From the NCBI GenBank assembly GCA_034408725.1, contig JAWXCN010000042.1:1-13360 (forward strand): a stretch of 13,360 nt of DNA. Direction: 5' to 3'. The translations under genes and the position numbers were made by a program. Of this stretch, positions 1-7,918 are shown piece by piece. The notes below the pieces were generated by a model. It saw nothing but the letters and a program-made list of their open reading frames with translations, was not told the origin of the DNA and ran no database searches. This stretch comes from Candidatus Hydrogenedentota bacterium (GTDB lineage: Bacteria; Hydrogenedentota; Hydrogenedentia; Hydrogenedentales; SLHB01). Positions within the stretch are counted from its first letter, which is position 1; each line of letters begins with the position of its first letter.

Positions 1-626
1 AACTTGGCCTGGACCGGTCCGCGCCGGCCAATCAGGTGAATCTCCCGGACCTTGCTTTCGGACAGCGCATCCAGCGCGTACGCCGCAATGTCCGTCGCGC
101 GCAATTCGTCCGCAGTCTTCGCGAGAATGCGACTGACGTCCATTGCGACGTTTCCCTGGCCGATCACAACCGCGACTTCCTGGGATAAATCGAACACGCG
201 ATCGCGATAATCGGGATGTCCGTTATACCAGCCTACAAATTCGGTCGCGGTGTGGCTGCCGGGTAAATCTTCGCCCGGTATGCCAAGCCGATTATCGGTT
301 TCCGCGCCACACGCCAGCACGATGGCGTCGTAGAAACGTTGCAACTCGACAATTGAAAGGTCGCGCCCAATGGTGACGTTTCCCAGAAATGCGAACCGTT
401 CGTGTGCGGCGATCTTGTCGTACACCTTCGTGACGCTTTTGATCTTCGGATGATCGGGCGCGACGCCACCGCGTACGAGGCCAAAAGGCGTTGGCAACCG
501 GTCGAACATGTCAACCTGCGCCACGAGGCCGGCCTTTAGCAGCGCCTCCGCGGCGTAGAAACCGCTCGGCCCGCTTCCCACAATCGCCACGCGCAACGGA
601 CGCGTCGCCGTGCCGATGCTGCTCAT
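1..626 (-). CDS. fprA: Ferredoxin--NADP+ reductase, FprA/adrenodoxin-reductase type (5' part; runs off the window edge)
   Basis: Not in the ORF track. Hand translation from ATG at 626 gives [31 protein letters not shown]...[23 protein letters not shown]...[10 protein letters not shown]...[18 protein letters not shown]...[10 protein letters not shown]. This has the FAD-binding GSGPSG, GLVRxGVAPDH, NADP-binding GQGNVAMD and GRRGP motifs of the family. GGAGG RBS at 630-634. Confidence 0.93.
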   Translation of the reverse strand, partial: MSSIGTATRPLRVAIVGSGPSGFYAAEALLKAGLVAQVDMFDRLPTPFGLVRGGVAPDHPKIKSVTKVYDKIAAHERFAFLGNVTIGRDLSIVELQRFYDAIVLACGAETDNRLGIPGEDLPGSHTATEFVGWYNGHPDYRDRVFDLSQEVAVVIGQGNVAMDVSRILAKTADELRATDIAAYALDALSESKVREIHLIGRRGPVQAK

Positions 627-699
627 GCGCCTCCCACATTTCGGTGCCCGCCACGCGAAACCCCGAACTTTATTATCCCAGACTCCGGCGGGAACCCAA

Positions 700-728
700 A
701 CGATACGGAGCAGCGTGTGTCAAGTCAA
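700..728 (-). promoter_or_regulatory. Putative sigma70-type promoter of the fprA-like gene
   Basis: Minus strand reads TTGACT (728-723), a 17-nt spacer, then TATCGT (705-700), about 70 nt upstream of the ATG. Confidence 0.45.
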
Positions 729-732
729 GGCA

Positions 733-758
733 TTGCACCCGCTCCAAGTGATGTGCAA
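733..758. promoter_or_regulatory. Inverted repeat TTGCAC-N14-GTGCAA upstream of the TA pair (possible autoregulatory operator)
   Basis: TTGCAC at 733-738 and GTGCAA at 753-758, ending 10 nt before the ATG at 769. Operator function is inferred. Confidence 0.3.
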
Positions 759-768
759 AGATTATTCT

Positions 769-1098
769 ATGGTACCCATTGAACAGATTCGCTCTTTTAT
801 ATCGACTCTCAGCGAAGCTGAAAAAACTGATCTGCTCCGGGTAGTTACGCAGGAACTGGTTAACGGCTTTCCTGGCGTCGAATCCACGCCGGGAATTTGC
901 GGGGGTGATGCCTGTATCGTACGCACGCGAATTCCTGTTTGGGCGCTGGAACAATGGCGAAGACTTGGTAAGGAAGAAGCGGAAATCCTTCAGATGTATC
1001 CAACGCTTCGCCCGGAAGACCTGCTTCATGCCTGGGCATATGCGGATGCCTACCACGATGAGATAGACGGGCAAATTCGCCGGAACGAGGACGCTTGA
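769..1098 (+). CDS. DUF433-family antitoxin
   Basis: Contains GVESTPGICGGDACIVRTRIPVWALEQWRRLG...EILQMYPTL...AWAYA, the DUF433 signature. Start placed at ATG 769 (MVPIEQIR) because the ORF-track start at 610 overlaps the fprA start and promoter. Confidence 0.88.
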   Translation: MVPIEQIRSFISTLSEAEKTDLLRVVTQELVNGFPGVESTPGICGGDACIVRTRIPVWALEQWRRLGKEEAEILQMYPTLRPEDLLHAWAYADAYHDEIDGQIRRNEDA

Positions 1099-1470
1099 TT
1101 GGCGCGTTTATTCGTCGATGAGAATTTTCCCGCCCCGACAACAATCCTACTTCGCAATTTTGGGCATGATGTCTTAACAATCCAAGATTGGGGATTTGCG
1201 GGGGTCGGACGATCTGATGAAACCGTTTTGGCCAAAGCCACCGCTGATCGGAGAGCGGTTCTGACGTTGAATCGGTGGCATTTTGTTCGTCTGCACCAAA
1301 TATCGAGCGATCATGCCGGAATTATTGTATGCTCGCAGGACGCCGATACTTCTGGGATGGCAGGGCGGATTGACGATGCGATCCGGTCCGTTTTGGAATT
1401 GAAAGGTCAACTTATTCGAGTCAACCGGCCTCCCCGGGGCTACATAGAAAGGCAACGAAATCAGGCATGA
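1099..1470 (+). CDS. DUF5615-family PIN-like toxin (VapC45-like), partner of DUF433
   Basis: MARLFVDENFP...GHDVLTI...SDETVLAKATADRRAVLTLNR..F...HAGII matches the DUF5615 pattern. The TTG start directly abuts the DUF433 stop (TGA-TTG), the usual order for this type II TA pair. Confidence 0.88.
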   Translation: MARLFVDENFPAPTTILLRNFGHDVLTIQDWGFAGVGRSDETVLAKATADRRAVLTLNRWHFVRLHQISSDHAGIIVCSQDADTSGMAGRIDDAIRSVLELKGQLIRVNRPPRGYIERQRNQA

Positions 1471-2429
1471 CGCAGGCACTTCTTCGTACCGTTGACATTT
1501 CGAACGCCACCTGGTTTCAAGGTTCGCGCTATAGCTACCCGCTTCGCACGGAAGATACAGGTGGCAGGATCGCCTTCGTAGACATTTACAAGCGCCGGGG
1601 CACCGAGCCGCCGCCGCACATTCACCACCGCGAACATGAATTGTTTGTTGTGTTGAACGGGTCATCGGAGTTTCAGGTCGCTGGCGAGATTTCGCTTTGC
1701 GACGTCGGCTCGTTTGCGTTCTTGCCGCGCGGAATCCCGCACCGGTTTGCGGTGCAGAACCCGTGGGGACATTTCAATGTCATCGTGGCGCCGAGTGGCT
1801 TCGACGAGTATCTTCAACCGTTCAGCGAGGCAGCGACGCACCTGGGCGAACCGCCAGTGTCTACGGGTCCGCCGGATGTGGCGGGGATGATTGCGCGCGG
1901 GGCCGAGTTCGGCATCGAGTTCGTTCCGCCGGGCGTGGATATTGCCACAGTGGACCATTCGCAACCCGATGGCCTGAAGCCTATCGTGCGCCAGTATAAC
2001 GAAGGCGAAATATTAAATGTGCTCGGCATTACGATTCGTGTAAAACTGTCCGCGGCCGAATCGGGCGGCGCGTTGTCGGTGTTCATGAGCGAGGACCCGC
2101 CACGTGTCGGCCCGCCCATGCACGCGCATGCAAACGAAGATGAAACCTTCCTCGTGATCGAAGGTGAATACCGCGTTCAGATAGAAGACACCATTTATCA
2201 GGCGAAGCCGGGGCAAATTGCCCATTTTCCGCGAGGCGTCGCGCATGCCTACATGAATGCGGGGGATTCTCCGGGCAAACTGCTGATCGTGACCAATCCG
2301 GGCGGATTCGAGGCGTTTTTCCGGGATGTCGACGCGCTGTGCAAACACGGCATGCCTTCCACAGATCAGCTCATGCCTATTGCGCAACGGCACGGCCTCG
2401 ACATCGTCGGGCCGCCGATAGCAGTGTGA
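1467..2429 (+). CDS. Bicupin, quercetin 2,3-dioxygenase (QdoI/YxaG)-like
   Basis: Two cupin domains, each with HxH-x4-E and a downstream His: PPHIHHREHE...PRGIPH and PPMHAHANEDE...PRGVAH. ATGA overlap with the PIN gene stop. Confidence 0.82.
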   Translation: MTQALLRTVDISNATWFQGSRYSYPLRTEDTGGRIAFVDIYKRRGTEPPPHIHHREHELFVVLNGSSEFQVAGEISLCDVGSFAFLPRGIPHRFAVQNPWGHFNVIVAPSGFDEYLQPFSEAATHLGEPPVSTGPPDVAGMIARGAEFGIEFVPPGVDIATVDHSQPDGLKPIVRQYNEGEILNVLGITIRVKLSAAESGGALSVFMSEDPPRVGPPMHAHANEDETFLVIEGEYRVQIEDTIYQAKPGQIAHFPRGVAHAYMNAGDSPGKLLIVTNPGGFEAFFRDVDALCKHGMPSTDQLMPIAQRHGLDIVGPPIAV

Positions 2430-2430
2430 C

Positions 2431-3042
2431 GTGCGTCTCGCTGCAATGATGCGCCGCGCCGTGCGGCACCCCGACGAAATTCTGCCCGCGGTCGTATGCC
2501 TGTTCACACGGTCACAGGTAAAAAGGATTGTGCGCGGTGGCGAAATTTTTCACGTCTATCGCGGAGAGATTTATCCGGATATCATCACGCACGGTAATGC
2601 GTCCGCGCATATTCTTGATACAGCCACACGCTATTGCGCCGGCGCGGGCATCGATATCGGCGCGAATCAGTGGCCTTTTCCCGGCGCAATCCCGATAGAC
2701 GATGCCATCGGCGAGAACGCGTACGCGCTGGTCCGCATTGCGGAAAGCAGCCTGGACTACGTCTTTAGCTCGCATTGTCTCGAACACCTTGCGCGCTGGC
2801 AGGACGCCCTCCGCCTGTGGATTGGCAAACTGAAACCCGGCGGTATACTGTTTATTTATCTGCCGCATGAATCCTGCGCATTGTGGCGACCCGGCGCGCC
2901 TTGGGTCGGCGGCACGCATAAATGGTCGCCAACGTGGCAGGTACTGATTCCATTTCTCAAAGGCTGCGGAATGGAAATTCTCGAGTACAACGCCGAGCAT
3001 GACGACTATTGGAGCTTTCACATCGTTGCCCGCCGCACGTAA
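2431..3042 (+). CDS. Class I SAM-dependent methyltransferase (Methyltransf_11-like)
   Basis: Motifs GIDIGA, SLDYVFSSHCLEHL and LKPGGILFIYLP. GTG start 1 nt after the cupin stop. Confidence 0.8.
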   Translation: MRLAAMMRRAVRHPDEILPAVVCLFTRSQVKRIVRGGEIFHVYRGEIYPDIITHGNASAHILDTATRYCAGAGIDIGANQWPFPGAIPIDDAIGENAYALVRIAESSLDYVFSSHCLEHLARWQDALRLWIGKLKPGGILFIYLPHESCALWRPGAPWVGGTHKWSPTWQVLIPFLKGCGMEILEYNAEHDDYWSFHIVARRT

Positions 3043-4024
3043 AAAGTCCTCGCGCCCGTCGCGAAAGCCGGCGTTGCTCGTTTCCGTCGTCGTGCCCGCG
3101 TACAACGAGGAACCGAACCTGCGATTCCTCTACGAACATCTCGATGCAGTATTCGCGACACTTGACGAATCGCTCGAACTCATCATCGTCGATGACGGCA
3201 GCACGGACAAGACGCGCGCGCTACTTGAGAGATTGCACGCTGAAGATTCGCGCGTCAAAGGCATTTTCCTTTCCCGCAACTTCGGCCAAGCGCCGGCATT
3301 GAGCGCTGGCATTCAGGCCGCCAGCGGCGACGCCGTTGTCGTGATGGACGCGGACGGACAGGACCCGCCGGAAATCATCCCCGCGCTGATCGCGAAGTGG
3401 AAAGAAGGCTATGAGGTGATTGGCGGACGACGCAGCAACCGTGAGGCGGACCCATGGTCGAAGCGGATGAGCGCTTATATTTGGTACCGCGTGATGCGGC
3501 TGCTTGTTGGTTGGGAAATGCCGATGGACACCGGCGAATTCCGCTTGATCGATCGGAAAGTCGCGGATGTATTTTGCGCATGTCCGCAATTGCACCGGCT
3601 GGTGCGCACGTTGACGTCCTGGCCGGGTTTTCGCCAAACCACAGTTGACTACGTTCACGCCAAACGCCATGCCGGCGTGACAAAGTATACGTTCCGCGCG
3701 AGCTTGCGCCTCGCGATTATGAGCATCACAGGGTTTTCCCTCGTTCCCCTGCGCGTTGCCTTTGGTTTGGGCGCCCTGGCCATGCTGTTCGCATTGATCG
3801 CGTGCGCCGCCATCATCGCGCCGATATTCGCCGGTAAGCCGGTGAATCTTCTTGCACTAGCCGTTGCCGGCCTCTGGCTCTTTGGCGGCGCGCAATGCAT
3901 TCTCCTCGGCATCGTCGGCGAGTACGTTGGCCGCACCTATATCGAAGCGCAACAGCGCCCGCTTTATGTGATTCGAGACAGAATTGGCTTTGAAGATGAT
4001 AGGTATGGAGTACGGGAACGCTAG
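2999..4024 (+). CDS. GT2 polyprenyl-phosphate glycosyltransferase (GtrB/YkoT-like)
   Basis: VSVVVPAYNEE, IIVDDGSTD, LSRNFGQ, MDADGQDPPE, DTGEFRLIDR, two C-terminal TM helices and GIVGEYVGRTY..RPLY. The true start may be TTG 3026, which has GGAG upstream. Confidence 0.92.
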   Translation: MTTIGAFTSLPAARKKSSRPSRKPALLVSVVVPAYNEEPNLRFLYEHLDAVFATLDESLELIIVDDGSTDKTRALLERLHAEDSRVKGIFLSRNFGQAPALSAGIQAASGDAVVVMDADGQDPPEIIPALIAKWKEGYEVIGGRRSNREADPWSKRMSAYIWYRVMRLLVGWEMPMDTGEFRLIDRKVADVFCACPQLHRLVRTLTSWPGFRQTTVDYVHAKRHAGVTKYTFRASLRLAIMSITGFSLVPLRVAFGLGALAMLFALIACAAIIAPIFAGKPVNLLALAVAGLWLFGGAQCILLGIVGEYVGRTYIEAQQRPLYVIRDRIGFEDDRYGVRER

Positions 4025-4138
4025 CTGCCGCTTTTACTTCGAGTGGGCAGCGGGTTGTTGTACCGGTCGAGACTACTTGCAATCCGAATTGAAAGCGGTA
4101 GCTGCGTCCGAAGCGGACTTCGCTACCGCAGTCCAAGG
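4006..4138. repeat. Inverted pair of REP-like palindromes (4006-4034 forward, degenerate; 4092-4138 reverse)
   Basis: TGGAGTACGG...CTGCCGCTTT faces AAAGCGGTAGC...GCTACCGCAGTCCAAGG between two convergent genes. Same consensus as the 5089-5427 copies. Confidence 0.7.
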
Positions 4139-4147
4139 CTTGGACCG

Positions 4148-5041
4148 CTACTTGACGCCACATCGGCCGCACATCTTCAAAAAGTATTCGCTGTCCGCGT
4201 CACTACGAATGCCGAGTCGCGTTAATGCGAAATCGTAACGCACAGGGTCGTCTGGCGCGATAATGCGAAACGCCGCGGTGATCTCGCGCGACATGCGCAG
4301 GTCCGCCGCACAACGCGCAGTGATGCCCAACGCCTTCGCGATACGGTGGACGTGTGTGTCCACAGGCATGAGCAACATGCGCCGCGGCACAAAATCCCAG
4401 CCACCGGGGTCGACTTCGTCTTCCCGCACCATCCAGCGCAGATACAAATGCAGCCGCTTGCACGCGCTTCCAAGCGCGGGTTCCGGCACCAGATAGTTCT
4501 TGCGCGCACCACCATTGATCAAAGTAACGAAACGTCCCAGCGCACCGGAAATATCCGCATCATTATTCGTGCGCGCCCGACACCGGGGAGGGCGCGCGTC
4601 CTCGCGCGCTGTCTCGTCCGTATCACCACTCATGCAGGCGCAAAACCCTCCGCCAACGCTCCCGTATTCTTCGCGAATCCGTTTTGCGCCCAGCAACATC
4701 GCGCTGAGTTCCGCGCCGGTAGCGTATCGGTGCCGGAACCCGGCAAACGACGCGCGCACTTGCCGCGGAGTCGCCGTGTCGATCCACATTGCCGGTCGTG
4801 GCAACGCATCCAGGACGCTTCCAATACTACGCACGATCTGTTGCACATTGCCGAATGCGAGACTGGATGCGATCAATCCCACCAACTCCCGGTCTTCGGG
4901 GTCAGGATAGGCCGACAGAAATTGCAGCGGATCTGGCGCGATGTATTTTTGACGCGTCCATCGCGCATATAACTGTTCGAGATGCGGATGCAAAGCACGC
5001 ATCCGCGCGATAAGGAAATCTGATGAAGAATCTTCGTTCAT
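4148..5041 (-). CDS. TIGR02757 / DUF2400 family protein
   Basis: DPLQF...DRELVGLIASSLAFGNVQQI, SACKRLHLYLRWMVR, PVDTHVHR and DPVRYDFAL are the conserved blocks of this family. Confidence 0.9.
   Translation of the reverse strand: MNEDSSSDFLIARMRALHPHLEQLYARWTRQKYIAPDPLQFLSAYPDPEDRELVGLIASSLAFGNVQQIVRSIGSVLDALPRPAMWIDTATPRQVRASFAGFRHRYATGAELSAMLLGAKRIREEYGSVGGGFCACMSGDTDETAREDARPPRCRARTNNDADISGALGRFVTLINGGARKNYLVPEPALGSACKRLHLYLRWMVREDEVDPGGWDFVPRRMLLMPVDTHVHRIAKALGITARCAADLRMSREITAAFRIIAPDDPVRYDFALTRLGIRSDADSEYFLKMCGRCGVK
4587..4609 (+). repeat. GGAG-tagged REP-like hairpin inside the TIGR02757 CDS
   Basis: GGAG-G-GCGCGCG-TCCT-CGCGCGC: a 7-bp perfect stem with a 4-nt loop. It reads AREDARPP in the protein. 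Confidence 0.5.
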
Positions 5042-5088
5042 GGCGCAACATCGTAGCGTGCAGACACATCAATTCCCATTTTAGGACG

Positions 5089-5458
5089 CCTTGGAGTGCG
5101 GTAGCGGAGTCCGCTTCGGACGGAGCTACCGCTTTGGGTTGCTGTTATTCGAGGATTTGACCATGCACGGCAAGGGTAGATTGTCCGTGATGAACAGCCA
5201 AAGCGGCGCCTTAGGGGCCGCCGCAGTCCAAATAGGCTTCTTGATAGAGCGTGGTTTTGGGTGGAGGGCCACTTTGGACAGAGGGCTATTCGGACTGCGG
5301 TGGCGGAGCGGGTAGCGCAGACACTGCTTTGGCTGTTTAGAGGCGACGGCTTGGTGCGCGCACGTGTTGAGGGGCAGACCATCTGTGATAAACAGCCAAA
5401 GCGGCGCCTTAGGGGCCGTAGCAGTCCTGATAGGCTTCTTGTTTGAACGTGGTTTTGG
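5089..5458. repeat. REP/REPIN-like cluster: four palindromic units in two inverted pairs, including a 68-bp direct repeat at 198-bp offset
   Basis: Units at 5089-5135 (fwd), 5200-5231 (rev), 5291-5330 (fwd) and 5398-5427 (rev), consensus TGGA(G/C)TGCGG...CCGCTTT. 5193-5260 matches 5391-5458 at 61/68 by manual alignment. Confidence 0.8.
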
Positions 5459-5468
5459 TGTCCAATGA

Positions 5469-7832
5469 TCAGTAATCGATTGGAAAGTGCCGGTTAATGC
5501 GTTCGCCTTCGACGTGAAGCGTGCCGCCACGCAGGCTGAACCGGATGGCTCCAACGCGATCTGTGCGGAGTACGGGGATTTTATGCGCTTCATAGCGGTC
5601 GACAATTTCAGCGTCCATCACTTGCCGGCCGCGCGGGCCCGTCGAGATGACTGCGTAATCCGGTTGCACGGCGTTAATGAATGCGATGGTGCTCGAGGTG
5701 TCTGCGCCATGATGGGGGACTTTCAACACAGTGGACCGCAGGGTATCCGGATCAAGCTGTCTTTCCGCCGCTTTCTCAATATCGCCGGTGAACAGAAATG
5801 CGTGCGGACCGAACAGGACGCGCAGCACCAGGCTGCGATCATTTGGTTCAGTTTGTTCCGGCAGATCGCGCGGCGGGTGCAACACGTCAATCGCTGTCTC
5901 CCCGATGGTGATGGTCTCGCCGCGTTTTACGCGCAGTACCGGGACGCCGCGCGCGGAACATTGCGCAAGCAATTGCGTTTCGAGCGGACGCTCATCGTCG
6001 TCTTCGCTGAGAATCAGTGTGCCAATGTCGATGGCATCTACGATGTATAGCAACCCGCCCATGTGGTCGCGGTCTGAATGTGATGCGATAACCACGTCCA
6101 GGCGCGTGATGCCGCGCGCCCACAGAAATGGCGCGACGACGCGCTCGCCGTAATCGTATTTGTCCGATGCGTTGCCGCCGTCTATCAACATTGTTTGGCC
6201 TGATGTAGTTCGCACGAACGCGGCATCGCCGTGCCCAACGTCCATGAACACGACTTCGGGTTCGTGAAACCGGAAGTTCCAGGCGATCATCGACAAAACG
6301 AACGCAGCGCATGCGGCGCGGATGACGGTTTTACGCCGTTCTTTTCTCACAAAGTAGAGCAGGCTCAAGAATCCAGCGGCAAGCCAGTACAGCGTAAATG
6401 CGGCGCCGGTTGGTGTCACCAGCGCCAGCGTCAAGAAATCCAGCGACGATGCAAGCGCGGCCACGCCACGAATCAACGTGACCGGGAGCACGACCGCATA
6501 GCCGGCGATGCGCGCAAGCGGCATCCAGACGAATGACAGTAGCGAAGTTGCAAAGCACAGCCAGAGGACAACCGCGAGAAGCGGTATCACCACCAAATTC
6601 GCAAGCATGCCCGTGAACGCGAACACGTGAAAACTCGCCGCAACGATGGGCGCGGGCAGAATTTGCACGGCGAGCGAGGTCGCAATGCTGGGACGCAGCC
6701 AGCGATGGATGCGCGCTAGTCCTGTCATGAACAGTGGCGCAAAGACAAGGATTGACGCAATGCATGTGAACGACAACTGGAAGCCTACGTCGAATATGAC
6801 GTGGGGATTCCAGAGGATAAAGGCGATGCCGGCAATGCTGAGCGCGGTCGGCGCGTCTGGCTCGCGGTCGAGCAGATCGGCGGATAAATACAGGCAGACC
6901 ATCGCCGCGGCGCGCATTGCGGGGATACTCGCGCCAGCGACCAGCGCAAAAGTGATTACGCCGAGCATACAGGCTATCGAGCGTCTGCGGCGCGGCACGT
7001 GCAGAACGCGCAATGCAAAATTCAGGGTAAGGAAAATCAGCGCGGCGTGGACACCGGAGACTGAAAGAATGTGCGCTGTGCCTGACCCGACGTAGGCGCG
7101 ATATTCATCCCGGTCGAGCGCGCTCTGTTGGCCCAACCACACGGCATAGATGAACGGCAGGATGGATGGAGGCATTGCCTCTGTAAGACGCCGCGCCTGC
7201 GCATGACGTAGACGCGCGGTATAGTACGTGGCCCTGTACCACGGCGCGGGTCCTTGTTGAACGACCGCGCCGGGACCAGACGTTTCGAGGACAGACTGGA
7301 TGCCGCGGTTGCGCAGAAAGTCTTCATAACCGCGGATGCCGGGGTTCACTTCGCTCAGCGCGAGGCGAGCATCGCCGTCAACGGTTACACGCTCGCCCGG
7401 AAAAACTGCGCGCGGCGCCTGGTACCAATTCACGTATACCAGCCCGTCCACCGGCGACAACTTTTCACCGTCGCGATACGAATCGACATCCAGCACGAAA
7501 CCGTGAAAATCGCTTCCGGGTAGCATCAAGCGTGTTGAGCGGACAGTGCCGCTGAACTCGAAATTTGCCTCTTGATGCGCCTGGAGCAGAGTGCTTACAC
7601 CGTCGCCGTGGAATTCGCCGGTCCGCAATCCCCACCACGCGCCGCCCGCGCCGATGAAACACAGAACGAGCGCGACGGGTCTAATCCTTGGAACACGAGA
7701 GGCGAAAATGGCGATGGTGCAGCCAAGTGCTGCAATGCCAAGGGAGAATAGAGGATTTGGCAGGAAGCCCCAGGCGGCGGCAACAGTTCCGCAAAGCAAC
7801 GCGATTGCGGCCCACGCCAGAGGGCGATTCAT
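5469..7832 (-). CDS. comEC: DNA-internalisation competence protein ComEC/Rec2
   Basis: N-terminal TM and DUF4131/OB-like region, Competence domain (GTAHILSVSGVH, SIPAMRA, GFQLSF), and C-terminal metallo-beta-lactamase fold (DVGHGDA, SHSDRDHMGG, FTGDIE, KVPHHG). Start uncertain: ATG 7832 (MNRPL), ATG 7844 or GTG 7856. Confidence 0.95.
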   Translation of the reverse strand: MNRPLAWAAIALLCGTVAAAWGFLPNPLFSLGIAALGCTIAIFASRVPRIRPVALVLCFIGAGGAWWGLRTGEFHGDGVSTLLQAHQEANFEFSGTVRSTRLMLPGSDFHGFVLDVDSYRDGEKLSPVDGLVYVNWYQAPRAVFPGERVTVDGDARLALSEVNPGIRGYEDFLRNRGIQSVLETSGPGAVVQQGPAPWYRATYYTARLRHAQARRLTEAMPPSILPFIYAVWLGQQSALDRDEYRAYVGSGTAHILSVSGVHAALIFLTLNFALRVLHVPRRRRSIACMLGVITFALVAGASIPAMRAAAMVCLYLSADLLDREPDAPTALSIAGIAFILWNPHVIFDVGFQLSFTCIASILVFAPLFMTGLARIHRWLRPSIATSLAVQILPAPIVAASFHVFAFTGMLANLVVIPLLAVVLWLCFATSLLSFVWMPLARIAGYAVVLPVTLIRGVAALASSLDFLTLALVTPTGAAFTLYWLAAGFLSLLYFVRKERRKTVIRAACAAFVLSMIAWNFRFHEPEVVFMDVGHGDAAFVRTTSGQTMLIDGGNASDKYDYGERVVAPFLWARGITRLDVVIASHSDRDHMGGLLYIVDAIDIGTLILSEDDDERPLETQLLAQCSARGVPVLRVKRGETITIGETAIDVLHPPRDLPEQTEPNDRSLVLRVLFGPHAFLFTGDIEKAAERQLDPDTLRSTVLKVPHHGADTSSTIAFINAVQPDYAVISTGPRGRQVMDAEIVDRYEAHKIPVLRTDRVGAIRFSLRGGTLHVEGERINRHFPIDY

Positions 7833-7844
7833 GTACAACGCCAT

Positions 7845-7886
7845 AAAATGCAACACGCCCGTTCGCGATTGGCGAACGGGCGCGTT
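7845..7886 (-). terminator. Hairpin / probable intrinsic terminator of the 44-aa peptide gene
   Basis: Minus strand AACG-CGCCCGTTCGC-CAATC-GCGAACGGGCG-TGTT-GCATTTT. An 11-bp perfect core extends to 15 bp with one G.U pair; the U tract is imperfect. It starts 32 nt after the peptide stop. Confidence 0.65.
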
Positions 7887-7918
7887 AGAATCGGATCAGA
7901 AATTTCTCAAACCGAGGC

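Noticed and set aside
610-768. 53-aa N-terminal extension of the DUF433 ORF
   Set aside because: It overlaps the fprA start, RBS and promoter on the other strand and has no family-like sequence.
5089-5458. CRISPR array or attC cassette array
   Set aside because: The units alternate in orientation and vary in length, only two direct copies exist, and no cas or integrase gene is present.
5042-5605. ORFs 5038..5382, 5091..5315, 5126..5605 and 5261..5446, one with a repeated KAPLWLFITD peptide
   Set aside because: They are translations of the REP cluster and its 198-bp duplication, and some overlap the real flanking genes.
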